Shown piece after piece: positions 38,295 to 47,965 of a DNA stretch of 61,264 nt. The first letter of the stretch is position 1, and each line of letters starts with the position of its first letter. The DNA lies in contig CAYNQI010000002.1 in the NCBI GenBank assembly GCA_964399335.1, positions 1 through 61,264 on the forward strand. Direction: 5' to 3'. Source of the stretch: an uncultured Thermoplasmata archaeon (lineage in GTDB: Archaea > Thermoplasmatota > Thermoplasmata > Halarchaeoplasmatales > Halarchaeoplasmataceae). Under the pieces are notes generated by a model, which did no database searches, was not told the origin of the DNA, and saw nothing but the letters and a program-made list of their open reading frames with translations. The position numbers and the translations under genes were made by a program.

Positions 38295-38462
38295 TTATAG
38301 GCTTAAAGCGTCAACCGGACATACCTCGATACAGTTACCGCAATCAATGCAGGTATCCTCATCGATGATTGCTACTTCTTCAATCGTTATGGCCTCTACT
38401 GGGCATTCTGGCTCACATTGGCCACATGCTATGCACGCATCTTCATCTACTTTTACTACCAT
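38295..38462 (-). CDS. Ferredoxin, 2x[4Fe-4S] type, 55 aa (not in ORF track)
   Basis: Manual translation MVVKVDEDACIACGQCEPECPVEAITIEEVAIIDEDTCIDCGNCIEVCPVDALSL; two CxxCxxCxxxCP motifs; GTGA RBS. Confidence 0.93.
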   Translation of the reverse strand: MVVKVDEDACIACGQCEPECPVEAITIEEVAIIDEDTCIDCGNCIEVCPVDALSL

Positions 38463-38513
38463 ATTATCACGACGGAAGTGAGGCGTGCAGTATATAAAAG
38501 TTTTACTGACTTT

Positions 38514-38681
38514 TTATAAAGACAGGGCGTCCACAGGGCAGACCTCTACACAGTCTCCAATATCTTCACACTTATCAGCATCTACTTTTGCCACGTCTTC
38601 GACTGTAAGAGCATCTACTGGACATGCTTCTTCACACAATCCACAAGCTATACAGGCATCCTCATCTATTTTGACTACCAT
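38514..38681 (-). CDS. Ferredoxin, 55 aa, second cluster motif lacks one Cys (not in ORF track)
   Basis: Manual translation MVVKIDEDACIACGLCEEACPVDALTVEDVAKVDADKCEDIGDCVEVCPVDALSL. Confidence 0.92.
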   Translation of the reverse strand: MVVKIDEDACIACGLCEEACPVDALTVEDVAKVDADKCEDIGDCVEVCPVDALSL

Positions 38682-38736
38682 GTTATCACAGCGTGAAATG
38701 AGTTTTTACCAATAAAAATCTTTCTATCGCTTAATC

Positions 38737-39443
38737 GAGGATGTCAACTTAAGAATTAAAAAAGAGCATCCCATATGTTTATATGGGATCAAACATGAAT
38801 GGGATGCTCTCTAACCTAGTTAATACTTTAGAGAATAAAAACATTTTTGAAAGAGATCGAAAAGCTACTAGAACTAGAGCACTTGGTATACTGCTATATC
38901 ACTTTGGTCTGTCATTGAGGAAAACTAGAACAGTAATTTCTTCTTTTGAAAGGGTAAGTCATGAAGCTGTAAGAAAATGGTATCTTAAAGCAAAAGATAT
39001 TTTTTCCTTGCAGAAAAAACAACGCCAAGCTTTAGCAATTGACGAAACTAAAGTAAAAATTCAAGGTAAGCAGCATATACTTTGGGCTGCGATTGATATC
39101 CATAGCTGGGAAGTTTTGGGAGTCTGGATATCACAAGGTAGATCTTCAATTGAAGCTTACAGTTTCATTAAAAGCGTATTGAATAAATGTAAGAACAAGC
39201 CAAAAATCTATGTCGATGGAGGTCCATGGTACAAACCAGCACTGAATAGATTGGGTATAGAATGGGAACATGTTACCTTCGGAAATAGAAATCCGATCGA
39301 ACAATGGTTTGGAATACTAAAACAAAGAATAAAGTTATTTTACAAACGATGGCCACATAATGCTAGTGTTGAAACAGCACAACACTGGCTTGAATCGTTT
39401 GTAAGTATGTACCACTTTACGAGGTGATTAAGTTGACATCCTC
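38737..39443 (+). mobile_element. IS6-family insertion sequence, 707 bp, intact ends
   Basis: Perfect 16-bp terminal IRs GAGGATGTCAACTTAA (38737-38752) and TTAAGTTGACATCCTC (39428-39443). 8-bp direct repeat GCTTAATC at 38729-38736 and 39444-39451. Confidence 0.95.
38783..39427 (+). CDS. IS6-family DDE transposase
   Basis: AIDETKVK...LWAAID...YVDGGPWY...NPIEQWFGILKQR. Confidence 0.93.
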   Translation: MGSNMNGMLSNLVNTLENKNIFERDRKATRTRALGILLYHFGLSLRKTRTVISSFERVSHEAVRKWYLKAKDIFSLQKKQRQALAIDETKVKIQGKQHILWAAIDIHSWEVLGVWISQGRSSIEAYSFIKSVLNKCKNKPKIYVDGGPWYKPALNRLGIEWEHVTFGNRNPIEQWFGILKQRIKLFYKRWPHNASVETAQHWLESFVSMYHFTR

Positions 39444-39494
39444 GCTTAATCTTATATGAAAAACTATAATTACTGAATCCTTTGATTTAAAAAT

Positions 39495-39965
39495 ATGAGA
39501 ATAATCCTGGATGAAAATCTACCAAGCGATATAAAAGAAGAAATCAAGGATATTCACGATCAAAATGATATCCTGGACATAGATGAAAAGTATAAAGGTA
39601 TTTTAGACCTAAAGCTCGTGGACAAGATGGAAAAAGATGATGTGATGGTGACTAGAGACCTAGAACTACATAGAAATCTTCTAGATGTAGGGAAAAAAAG
39701 TGTTTATTATGATATACAAAAAGAAAACATCATCGAAGTACAGATCAAACTCAAATATTACCTAAAGGGCTCTGATACATCAGAGGTAGAAAGGGTTTCT
39801 AATATGAATGAACATATCTCGTCAGGTCCAAATTCACTACTTAGAAAAAGATTTGAAGAGTTGAAAAAAGAGAATTCAGAATTAAAATGCCGTGTTAATA
39901 TTCTAGAAGGGAAACTGAGATCTATACGCAACACTGTCGAATCGGTATTTGGTAAAGATCATTGA
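39495..39965 (+). CDS. PIN/Mut7-C-like domain protein with C-terminal coiled coil
   Basis: MRIILDENLP and MVTRD resemble DUF5615/Mut7-C PIN-like motifs; heptad-like FEELKKENSELKCRVNILEGKL. Confidence 0.55.
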   Translation: MRIILDENLPSDIKEEIKDIHDQNDILDIDEKYKGILDLKLVDKMEKDDVMVTRDLELHRNLLDVGKKSVYYDIQKENIIEVQIKLKYYLKGSDTSEVERVSNMNEHISSGPNSLLRKRFEELKKENSELKCRVNILEGKLRSIRNTVESVFGKDH

Positions 39966-40017
39966 TGAAAAAGTTTTAATAACTGCAAACCCATATATTT
40001 TATTGAGGTGCCCGAGT

Positions 40018-40455
40018 ATGATAGATTCAATGTTAGAGAAGAAACTCAAAAAATTGGTAGGTGGGAGTTTGGTTGTCGTTATGGACGACGGTCTTTCTTT
40101 TATCGGGACGTTAAAGGAGTTTGATAAAAACACCTTGATCTTAACTGACGTATACCAAGGCTCTTCTAGTGAGATCAATTGGGAAGAAGTTAGTGAAGAC
40201 GTGGACTCCAGTGTGAAAGAAAAAGTAGAATCAAAAAACGAAAGATACGGATTCGTTGACTGGACAGCGGTCCATCTTGAAGAGGTCTATATTAGAGTTG
40301 ACCATGTTTCAAGGATCTGGCCGTGGAAATTGATCGAAGAAAAACCATCGATGCAACAGACTTACAAGACCGGGCCAGTTTACAAAAACGACCATTCTAC
40401 ACCAAATATATCTTCGGGGATGGATATACCTGAAGGAAGGATAAGAAAGGGCTGA
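40018..40455 (+). CDS. Sm/LSm-like fold protein
   Basis: Sm1-like LVGGSLVVVMDDGLSFIGTLKEFDKNTLILTDV and Sm2-like VYIRVDHV, separated by a long acidic loop. GAGGTG RBS before ATG 40018. Confidence 0.6.
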   Translation: MIDSMLEKKLKKLVGGSLVVVMDDGLSFIGTLKEFDKNTLILTDVYQGSSSEINWEEVSEDVDSSVKEKVESKNERYGFVDWTAVHLEEVYIRVDHVSRIWPWKLIEEKPSMQQTYKTGPVYKNDHSTPNISSGMDIPEGRIRKG

Positions 40456-40460
40456 CAAAA

Positions 40461-41477
40461 TCAAGCCCTAATATCCTTTATCTTTTTTTCTAACTCTTCT
40501 CTGAGTTCTGAACCTTTATTTCTATCTCCAAAGTAATCTATTCTAGCGGCAATAGCGATCTTATTGGCAAACATTCTAGAGATTTTACCTCTGAGCTCGG
40601 GATCCGTTTTATGGACGAATGGGTGCTGGAGTATGAGTCCGTGTTTAGGGGGTTTAGTTCCTTTACTTAGGTGACTAAATAACGCCTTTTCAGCCCCAAG
40701 AACTTGAATAGTACTTGAGGGCATCCTAGCCATCTTCTCTAAAGAACCTGCTTGAGCTATCAACTCGGCTCCGAGTTTTACACCTGTGAGTTCAGTTAAA
40801 GTCGGTGCACTTTCTCTCATCAAGTCTTCAACATAATCCCAAAGTTCGTCCCTAAAATTCCTTTTATCTATAACTATGTTTGCAAATCTTTGATAAATAT
40901 CTTTCTCCTTTTCCGATATATTTCCACCTACGGAATCATCTACCATCCCTGTTTTCTCTTGTATCCCATCTCTGCTACCAAAATTGGCTATAAGTTTTAA
41001 GAAATCATCATCTTTGACATTTTCTTGAAGTTCTGGATAATGTACTGAGTACCAGTCCCTCAATCTCTCCATGAGTATGTTCAGGGTTTCGTTAAGATCC
41101 TGTATGGTCTTAACCCCCTTTGCTAAATGTTCTCCATGTTCAACAGACTTTTTCAGCTCTAAACCACCTAGTTCGGTCAATGACTTTTGGAGTAGATCAG
41201 GTGGATATGAGTAATCTTTTGGATCTATAAAAGATACTTCCTTAGAAACCACATCGCCTAATCCAGTTAATCTTTTTTCAGTGACCTTGATCGAATTATA
41301 TTCACTGGCTAATTCTTCCTCCTCTTTTAAAATCTCGTCATTGTTGACCTTTAATCTTTTTTCAGCAATGATCTCTGGATCTTTATCAAAAAGGATTTTA
41401 TCAATCACATTCTCTCCATCTATAACAAAAACCCCGAACCATGTGGTATATAGTAATTTTCTATCTTTACTTGACAT
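40461..41477 (-). CDS. nop5: C/D-box sRNP Nop5/Nop56 protein
   Basis: ERLRDWYSVHYPE, AGSLEKMARMPSSTIQVLGAEKALF, PPKHGLILQHP, RGKISR, AARIDYF. Confidence 0.92.
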   Translation of the reverse strand: MSSKDRKLLYTTWFGVFVIDGENVIDKILFDKDPEIIAEKRLKVNNDEILKEEEELASEYNSIKVTEKRLTGLGDVVSKEVSFIDPKDYSYPPDLLQKSLTELGGLELKKSVEHGEHLAKGVKTIQDLNETLNILMERLRDWYSVHYPELQENVKDDDFLKLIANFGSRDGIQEKTGMVDDSVGGNISEKEKDIYQRFANIVIDKRNFRDELWDYVEDLMRESAPTLTELTGVKLGAELIAQAGSLEKMARMPSSTIQVLGAEKALFSHLSKGTKPPKHGLILQHPFVHKTDPELRGKISRMFANKIAIAARIDYFGDRNKGSELREELEKKIKDIRA

Positions 41478-41509
41478 GATCTAATGAAAAGAACGGTAAA
41501 CTATAAAAT

Positions 41510-42559
41510 TTACTTACCTTCATCTTCAATAATATATAGGTGACCTTTCACTTTGATCACTTCTACTTCCTTCTTGTCAGTTGAGAAATCTTTTGGTTTT
41601 AGAACTGTAACTGTCTCGTAACTTTTTGGATCTAATAATTTCATCTCCTCATCAGTTTTAGACACGATCACTGCACTCATTATCAATTCCTTACCACCTA
41701 AGACTTCGGCATCCTCTAACTGCTTATCGTCCATCCTGATCTTCTTTCCACTCTTTATATCCCTTAAGATGACTTTACCTGTGTTGCCCTTTAATTTCTT
41801 GACACGGTATATCTGTTCTTCAACCTCGATAAAGTCACCTAAGTTGTAAGGAGGTATTCTGACAGAATAGGTCATCCTGTAGATATTTTGACCATCCTCT
41901 CTACCTGCTAATTTAGCTGAACTTTTTACAGTCCCTCCTACAGCGTTCGAGATATCTTTAGCTAAGTTTTTAGTTACACCGGTATCACTAAGATAAAAAT
42001 CCATACCTCCGTGGATCTCTTCATGAAAGGTTAAAAAGATGTTCCTTTTTTCGCCTTCTTTCACTTCTATCCTTCTCTTGACTTTTTTCATAACTAATTC
42101 TTTCTGTTCATCTGTCATTTCTTTATCCGAAGGTCTGACTTGTAAGATGGCTTCATAATAATTGCCATGAACTCTACTACATATCTGACATTGAACTTTT
42201 TTAAAAACTATTTTAGTAGATATCTTTTGTTCTGTTGAGAGGTCATTTGATTCAAGTTCTACGTTGATATTTGCATCTATATTGTATGGATCCTTTTCTT
42301 CAAATCCCACATTAAAACCATAACTATCAACTTCGTACGGAATAGAAAGCGCATCATCGATCCTATCTAACATTATAGCATTTAAATCCGGGCGTTCTAT
42401 CCAACTATTTTTCTTCCTCACGCTATTGCAGACGGGACATATATCGATCTTTATAGGGCAGTCTATCTCGACCTTTAACTTCGTATCTATGTAGCAGTCT
42501 GGACATAACCCATCGTATAGTTTATCCGGTTCGGATCCACATTCTACGCAGAACATCAC
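41510..42559 (-). CDS. nmd3: NMD3-family ribosome maturation protein
   Basis: FCVECG...LCPDC, CPVC, CQICSR...YYEAILQVR, GMDFY, YSVR. Confidence 0.9.
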   Translation of the reverse strand: MMFCVECGSEPDKLYDGLCPDCYIDTKLKVEIDCPIKIDICPVCNSVRKKNSWIERPDLNAIMLDRIDDALSIPYEVDSYGFNVGFEEKDPYNIDANINVELESNDLSTEQKISTKIVFKKVQCQICSRVHGNYYEAILQVRPSDKEMTDEQKELVMKKVKRRIEVKEGEKRNIFLTFHEEIHGGMDFYLSDTGVTKNLAKDISNAVGGTVKSSAKLAGREDGQNIYRMTYSVRIPPYNLGDFIEVEEQIYRVKKLKGNTGKVILRDIKSGKKIRMDDKQLEDAEVLGGKELIMSAVIVSKTDEEMKLLDPKSYETVTVLKPKDFSTDKKEVEVIKVKGHLYIIEDEGK

Positions 42560-42560
42560 A

Positions 42561-42866
42561 TCAAATCCTCACAATCTGTAGATGAGGCACCCCTTGGATC
42601 ATAAGGATATCCTCTTCATATCCAAATCCATTCTCTATGGCTTTTTCTACCGTTTTTTTTCCTACTAGATTTGCGATAGTACTAGTCTTGAAATATTGAA
42701 CTAGACCATCTATTTCGACCTCTTCTCCACCATAAAAGGATTCTTTTACTTTAAGATTCATCTCTCCTTCCTTCAATGTTTCGCCTAAGAGGTGTTTATC
42801 GCAGGCTGCGAGTAACTTCTCTCCTTTCTGTTCGTATACAGAGTAGCTGATTTTCATTTTATACAT
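42561..42866 (-). CDS. DUF424 family protein
   Basis: LLAACDKHLLG...FYGG...ANLVGKKTV...IQGVPHLQ. Confidence 0.85.
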   Translation of the reverse strand: MYKMKISYSVYEQKGEKLLAACDKHLLGETLKEGEMNLKVKESFYGGEEVEIDGLVQYFKTSTIANLVGKKTVEKAIENGFGYEEDILMIQGVPHLQIVRI

Positions 42867-42872
42867 CTCTTT

Positions 42873-44945
42873 TTAACTGAATCTATATTTTCCTGGAGAA
42901 GGGGAGTATATCTGTCCATTCCTTCTCATCTTTTCCAGTTCTTTTCTAATGTTATCTGGTGATATTCCGGCTTTTTCTCCCCTTTCTATGACTTCGTCTT
43001 CAGGGGCACCACCTTCGTGGAGTTGTTCAAGTTCTTTGATTATATCTCGTATGTCATGCATTATAGTCCTTTCGCTTGATGATACTTCTGACGCAACGAA
43101 ATCGATATCTAATCCTCCCTCTGTAGTAGAAGCCACTTCGTTAAGGAAATATCTAGTAACATTTATCGCTCTTTTTGCATCCTCTTTTGTAACTCTCTTT
43201 CTAAGATGTGCCCTTGCACTTGATTCGGATAATCTTACAAGAGATTCCAACTGCCTTGCAGTTATAGGTATCGAATCTTCACTTCCGCCACTTGATCTGA
43301 TATCTAAATAAAAGTGTTCCAGTTCATCTCTTGCTTCATCGGTCATAATAGGGTTTACAGTTTTAGCATAGGAAACGTACTTCTTTAAAAATTCCTTTTC
43401 AAATGGAGGGACAAACCGTTTATCGGGTTCATAACTTTCGTCGTTGATCATCTTTTCACCCACCTGATGAAGTTCCAAAATATGCTGTGCAATGTCCCTG
43501 TCCTTCTCTTTATCAGGTTTATCCAATATGGCAAAGATCAGATCGAATCTTGAAATCAAAGGAGGTGGTAGTTTGATCTGCTGAGATATGTTTTCATGCT
43601 TTTCGAATCTTCCATATTCTGGATTCGCTGCGCCTAATACAGCACAGCGAGAGTTCAATCGAGCATTAATTCCGGCTTTTGCTACGGATATACTCTGCTG
43701 TTCCATAGCCTCGTGCATCGCACTTCTATCTTCATCCCTCATTTTATCTAACTCGTCAACAGCTGCGATACCGTTATCCGCTAAAACGAGTGTTCCAGCT
43801 TCCAGTATCCACTGACTTTCTCCCATGACCTCTTCTCTGACCGCTGCTGCTGTAAGGCCTGCTCCCGTAGTACCTTTCCCTGAAGCGTACATACCCCTTG
43901 GAGTCAAATCCGAAATATATCTTAAAAGCTGAGATTTAGCAGTACCTGGATCACCAACAAGTAATATGTGAATATCTCCTCTAACATTGCTATTATCAGG
44001 AGTTTTCTTTTTAACACCACTGAACAATTGAAGGGCGAGTCCCGTTTTTATCATCTTCATACCCTGAATACTTGGAGCTATAGAATTGACTAGTTTTGAG
44101 AATAGTCGGGGATCCTTTGAGGTTTCCATTATCTCGTTTTTATCTTCATCCGAAAGTTTGACTTCTTTGTACTCATAATCCTGAACCTCTATACTATTTA
44201 ACCTCATGAATATGTTGAAAGTCCTTGATTTTGACCCACCAGGGCCACTTTTAGGGGTTCCATCTAAAATTCCATTCATCACAATCCTGTCACCTGGAGA
44301 GACTGTTCCAACAAGGTCCTCCTTAGTCCAACCCTTTAATCGCTGAGGCTGTTCCCCGCCCCTAAGGTCTTCTGGACTTTCTTGAATCTCTAAGGTTTGA
44401 TAATCTGTAAATTCGGAGTCCTCTAAAATTAGTTTGAAACTTGTTTTGTTCGCTGATTTTCCACAACTTTGACATTCCATGGGTTCTTCTATTTTACCTA
44501 CACTCTGTGGCTGCTTGATCTTTGCACCGCATCTCAAACACTGGAAAACCGCTATCGTGATCCTAGGTCTAACTTCTGTAGCCTTTCTAACCAAACCTTT
44601 GACCCCGATAAATTTGGTAAGATCTTCAGCCCTCAACTCCCTGATACCTTTATTATGTGCTTCTGGGAGATCCTTGATTCTTAATCTTATAGAGGTTTCC
44701 TCGTAGCTAGATCCAAGTATCTCATTTATCGCTTCAGTTGCAAGTTCTAAACATGCTCTTGGGTTTTCATGTATGTACTCAGGGAATTCTACCTCAAAAT
44801 GGTCCAATAAGTCACCATAGGTGATTTCGAGGGATCTGTCCTCAGGATAATTTTCTGCGACTCTGATAATCTCCGATGTGAATCCTTCTTCCTCAAAATA
44901 TATCTTGAAATTTTCCCTGATCTCATCATCTGAGTAATTCTTCAT
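42873..44945 (-). CDS. mcm: MCM replicative helicase (no intein)
   Basis: Zn finger CLRC...CQSC, Q-x-L-x-IQE, GDPGTAKS, GLTAA, LEAGTLVLADNG, VDELDKM, AANP..GR, SRFDL, TARQLESL. Confidence 0.96.
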   Translation of the reverse strand: MKNYSDDEIRENFKIYFEEEGFTSEIIRVAENYPEDRSLEITYGDLLDHFEVEFPEYIHENPRACLELATEAINEILGSSYEETSIRLRIKDLPEAHNKGIRELRAEDLTKFIGVKGLVRKATEVRPRITIAVFQCLRCGAKIKQPQSVGKIEEPMECQSCGKSANKTSFKLILEDSEFTDYQTLEIQESPEDLRGGEQPQRLKGWTKEDLVGTVSPGDRIVMNGILDGTPKSGPGGSKSRTFNIFMRLNSIEVQDYEYKEVKLSDEDKNEIMETSKDPRLFSKLVNSIAPSIQGMKMIKTGLALQLFSGVKKKTPDNSNVRGDIHILLVGDPGTAKSQLLRYISDLTPRGMYASGKGTTGAGLTAAAVREEVMGESQWILEAGTLVLADNGIAAVDELDKMRDEDRSAMHEAMEQQSISVAKAGINARLNSRCAVLGAANPEYGRFEKHENISQQIKLPPPLISRFDLIFAILDKPDKEKDRDIAQHILELHQVGEKMINDESYEPDKRFVPPFEKEFLKKYVSYAKTVNPIMTDEARDELEHFYLDIRSSGGSEDSIPITARQLESLVRLSESSARAHLRKRVTKEDAKRAINVTRYFLNEVASTTEGGLDIDFVASEVSSSERTIMHDIRDIIKELEQLHEGGAPEDEVIERGEKAGISPDNIRKELEKMRRNGQIYSPSPGKYRFS

Positions 44946-45118
44946 TTTCTATGCTCCGGATTTTTCGCATATATCTCCACTTATTAACACTTTACTTGAA
45001 AACATGGGGGGTTTAAAATATGACACAGGGGAGGGTGATGAAAGTGTATTTTCTATATGGTTCTTGATATGTAGCTTATGTAACAGAGAGGGAAAGGTTT
45101 TTTGGTGATTGCACAGAT

Positions 45119-45508
45119 ATGAGTACGATGTTTAAAAAATTTGATATGAAGATGATCACTTTAACTTTAGTTTTAATCATCTTCTTATCTTCACTAATAT
45201 TCACGATTCAAGCTACTGAGCCTTTGAGGTCTTCCGATATTTCCTCCATCCCTGAAGAAGATTTATCAGGATCTATCGAAACAATTCAGCTTATCTTTGA
45301 AGGGTCAACTCTTACAGAATATCCTCCTCTCCCCCCTGAAGATAGAGGATCCCCGATCCCATTCTATGAAGGAGATACATTGATATTTATTTTGGTCTTG
45401 ATCGTTATAGCTGCTGTTGGTTGGACTGCATTCACATATTATAGGTATATGAAAAGGGCGGAGAAGTATAGGGAAAAAAAGAGAAAAAGTCAGATGAAAA
45501 GGTATTGA
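45119..45508 (+). CDS. Hypothetical exported protein with C-terminal membrane anchor
   Basis: Signal-like N-terminus, acidic/Pro core, TM LIFILVLIVIAAVGW, basic tail. Confidence 0.6.
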   Translation: MSTMFKKFDMKMITLTLVLIIFLSSLIFTIQATEPLRSSDISSIPEEDLSGSIETIQLIFEGSTLTEYPPLPPEDRGSPIPFYEGDTLIFILVLIVIAAVGWTAFTYYRYMKRAEKYREKKRKSQMKRY

Positions 45509-45686
45509 ATAAAGTTATTACCAGGTAATAGAAATTGAAGTCAGTATATGAGGGTATGTTAATTTTGCTAAATCTAAAACATAAGAGCTATTTTTAGGGG
45601 CAAGTTTATAAAGGACCCGTTATGTGAGAAGGTCAAAGAACTAATAATTGATCATTAGAGATCTAACAAACAAAGGGTTGACATTT

Positions 45687-47069
45687 ATGAGTAAAACAAC
45701 TAAATTCGAAGAACTTTCTATAGACAGAAATACACTTTCTGCTTTAGAAGATATTGATTTTAAGCAAGCTACCGATGTCCAGACAGAAGCGATACCACCT
45801 GCATTAGAGGGTAAAGACGTTGTGGTACAGGCTAGAACTGGCTCGGGTAAAACACATTCCTTTTTGATACCTATATTTGAAAATATCGAAGGGGGTAAAG
45901 GAGTAAGGGCTATAGTTCTGACTCCTACAAGAGAATTGGCACAACAGGTCGAACTTGAAGCTAGTAAAATTGCAAAACATCACGATTTAAAGACTGTAGC
46001 CATATATGGAGGAGCTAGTATCAGCCGTCAGATAAACAAGCTGAAAAAAGCTTCTTTCGTAGCAGGTACCCCTGGTAGAGTTATCGACCTTATGAAGAGG
46101 GGAGAACTCAATCTAAGAGATATAGATTTTTTTGTACTAGATGAAGCTGACAGGATGCTGGATATGGGATTCTTACCAGATATCAGATGGATCATCTCTA
46201 ATACGTCAGGTGACAAACAAGTGATGCTTTATTCTGCAACTATGCCCAGCGAGATAATGAGATTGGCGAAGAAATACATGGAAGACCCGCATAAGATACT
46301 TTTATCTGAAGACGATGTTTCCGCTAAAGGGATCGATCAGTACTTTATAAGAGTGGGTAAATCAAATAAATTAGCTAGACTATCTGCTCTGCTTGATACC
46401 GAACCTGGTAAATACCTGATATTTTCCAATACAAAAAAATGGACTCAGATACTGTCAGAAAAACTTCAAAGACTCGGATACAAAGCTCACCCAATGCATG
46501 GAGATATGAGTCAATCTGCCAGGACTAATACTATGAATCGATTCAAAAAGGGTGAAATAGATATCTTGGTTTCAACCGATGTTTCAGCAAGAGGCATCGA
46601 TGTTGATAATATCACCCACGTGGTGAACTATGATATTCCTAGATATGAAAAAGACTATGTCCATCGTATCGGAAGAACCGGTAGATTGGGTAAAGATGGA
46701 AAAGCCATAACTTTCGTGACCGGCGATGAACTTGAATTTTTAGAAAGGATCGAGGAGTACATCGATAAGAGTTTGGAAGTTAAAGAGATCCATGGGACCG
46801 GTCGAGTAAAAATGAAGACCGATTACAATGAACTTTCAAATATATACGGTATGGTTCCTTTCAGATTTTCATTGAAAAAAGATGCATCTAAATGGGATAT
46901 CGTTAAGAATATGCAAAAACACGGTATCCGGGAAGAAGAAGTCGGTAAGATCGAGATAGAAAACGATACCGGTGAAGTAGAGATAGTCAAATCTAAAGCT
47001 AACAGAGTACCTAAGATCGATTACTTCGACAATATCGAGGTCATGGAGAAAGACCCGAGGAAGCAGTGA
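45687..47069 (+). CDS. DEAD-box RNA helicase
   Basis: Q motif, ARTGSGKT, PTRELA, GTPGR, DEAD, SAT, HGDMSQ, TDVSARGID, HRIGRTGR. Confidence 0.95.
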   Translation: MSKTTKFEELSIDRNTLSALEDIDFKQATDVQTEAIPPALEGKDVVVQARTGSGKTHSFLIPIFENIEGGKGVRAIVLTPTRELAQQVELEASKIAKHHDLKTVAIYGGASISRQINKLKKASFVAGTPGRVIDLMKRGELNLRDIDFFVLDEADRMLDMGFLPDIRWIISNTSGDKQVMLYSATMPSEIMRLAKKYMEDPHKILLSEDDVSAKGIDQYFIRVGKSNKLARLSALLDTEPGKYLIFSNTKKWTQILSEKLQRLGYKAHPMHGDMSQSARTNTMNRFKKGEIDILVSTDVSARGIDVDNITHVVNYDIPRYEKDYVHRIGRTGRLGKDGKAITFVTGDELEFLERIEEYIDKSLEVKEIHGTGRVKMKTDYNELSNIYGMVPFRFSLKKDASKWDIVKNMQKHGIREEEVGKIEIENDTGEVEIVKSKANRVPKIDYFDNIEVMEKDPRKQ

Positions 47070-47078
47070 TTTAGAGTA

Positions 47079-47846
47079 TTATTCATCTGTAGTGATATCG
47101 AACCCACATTCTTTTAACTGTTTTAGCAGTTGCTCTACATCGGGATACCATTGACCCCATTTCCTACAGATGTGTTCTGTCCAGCTATAGTTGTCGTATG
47201 TGTATTCATCTTCCTTATCATCTTGAATAGCTATTTTAGCATCTAATTTTTTGTAATAATCCTGTTCGAGATAGCCTCCGTCCATCTCCTCCATAGCCTT
47301 TTCGATCAATTCTCCAGTAAATTCAGGATATTCATCCTCGAATAGAACATATTCCATCGGATATCTGGGTCTAGGCTTTGGGTCCTCTTCGGGATATCCC
47401 ATGACTAACTGTACAACCGGGAACACTTTATCAGGTAGGTTGTACTTTTCTTTCAGATTTTTGGCTTTGTAAGGTGCCATACCCAAAAAACAGCTCCCGA
47501 TACCGAGACTCTCTCCGGCGGTCACCATGTTTTGGGCCATGTAGCAGGCGTCTTGGACAGCGAAGAACAGTATAGATAGATCATTTGTTACAGGTTTCCA
47601 ATCTCTCTTTTCCATGATCTTTTCAAATTTGTGGAAATCGGCACAGATCGTGAAAAGTAAAGGGGCGTCGAAGGGATGATCTTCTTGATTTCTAGATAAG
47701 ATCACACTGTATAATTGGGATACAAAAGGTGCCTGCATTCCAGCCCTAACTATGGACTCCATTTCCTCGTCAGAAGGTGCTCCATCTTTATATTTTCGTA
47801 TGGAGCGATGATTCATCATGGTTTCGATGACTTCATTCTTTATCAT
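47079..47846 (-). CDS. Nitroreductase family (NfsA/Frp-like) protein
   Basis: HRSIRKY, AQN...AGESLGIGSCFLG, MGYP...PRPRYP. Confidence 0.88.
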   Translation of the reverse strand: MIKNEVIETMMNHRSIRKYKDGAPSDEEMESIVRAGMQAPFVSQLYSVILSRNQEDHPFDAPLLFTICADFHKFEKIMEKRDWKPVTNDLSILFFAVQDACYMAQNMVTAGESLGIGSCFLGMAPYKAKNLKEKYNLPDKVFPVVQLVMGYPEEDPKPRPRYPMEYVLFEDEYPEFTGELIEKAMEEMDGGYLEQDYYKKLDAKIAIQDDKEDEYTYDNYSWTEHICRKWGQWYPDVEQLLKQLKECGFDITTDE

Positions 47847-47965
47847 AATTATAATTAACTAAATCGTGATAAATATAATTTGGTTTTCTAATGTATTTTA
47901 AAAAACTTTAAATCCCTGTTCGACATAAAATAAATTTAGGATATACATAAAAGGGGGTGAGGGCC

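Noticed and set aside
42873-44945. Possible intein in MCM (also checked Cdc6)
   Set aside because: Walker A and neighbouring motifs are contiguous and lengths are normal.
45038-45067. 9-codon ORF MKVYFLYGS after a G-rich SD-like sequence
   Set aside because: Too short, with no paralogue or conservation signal.
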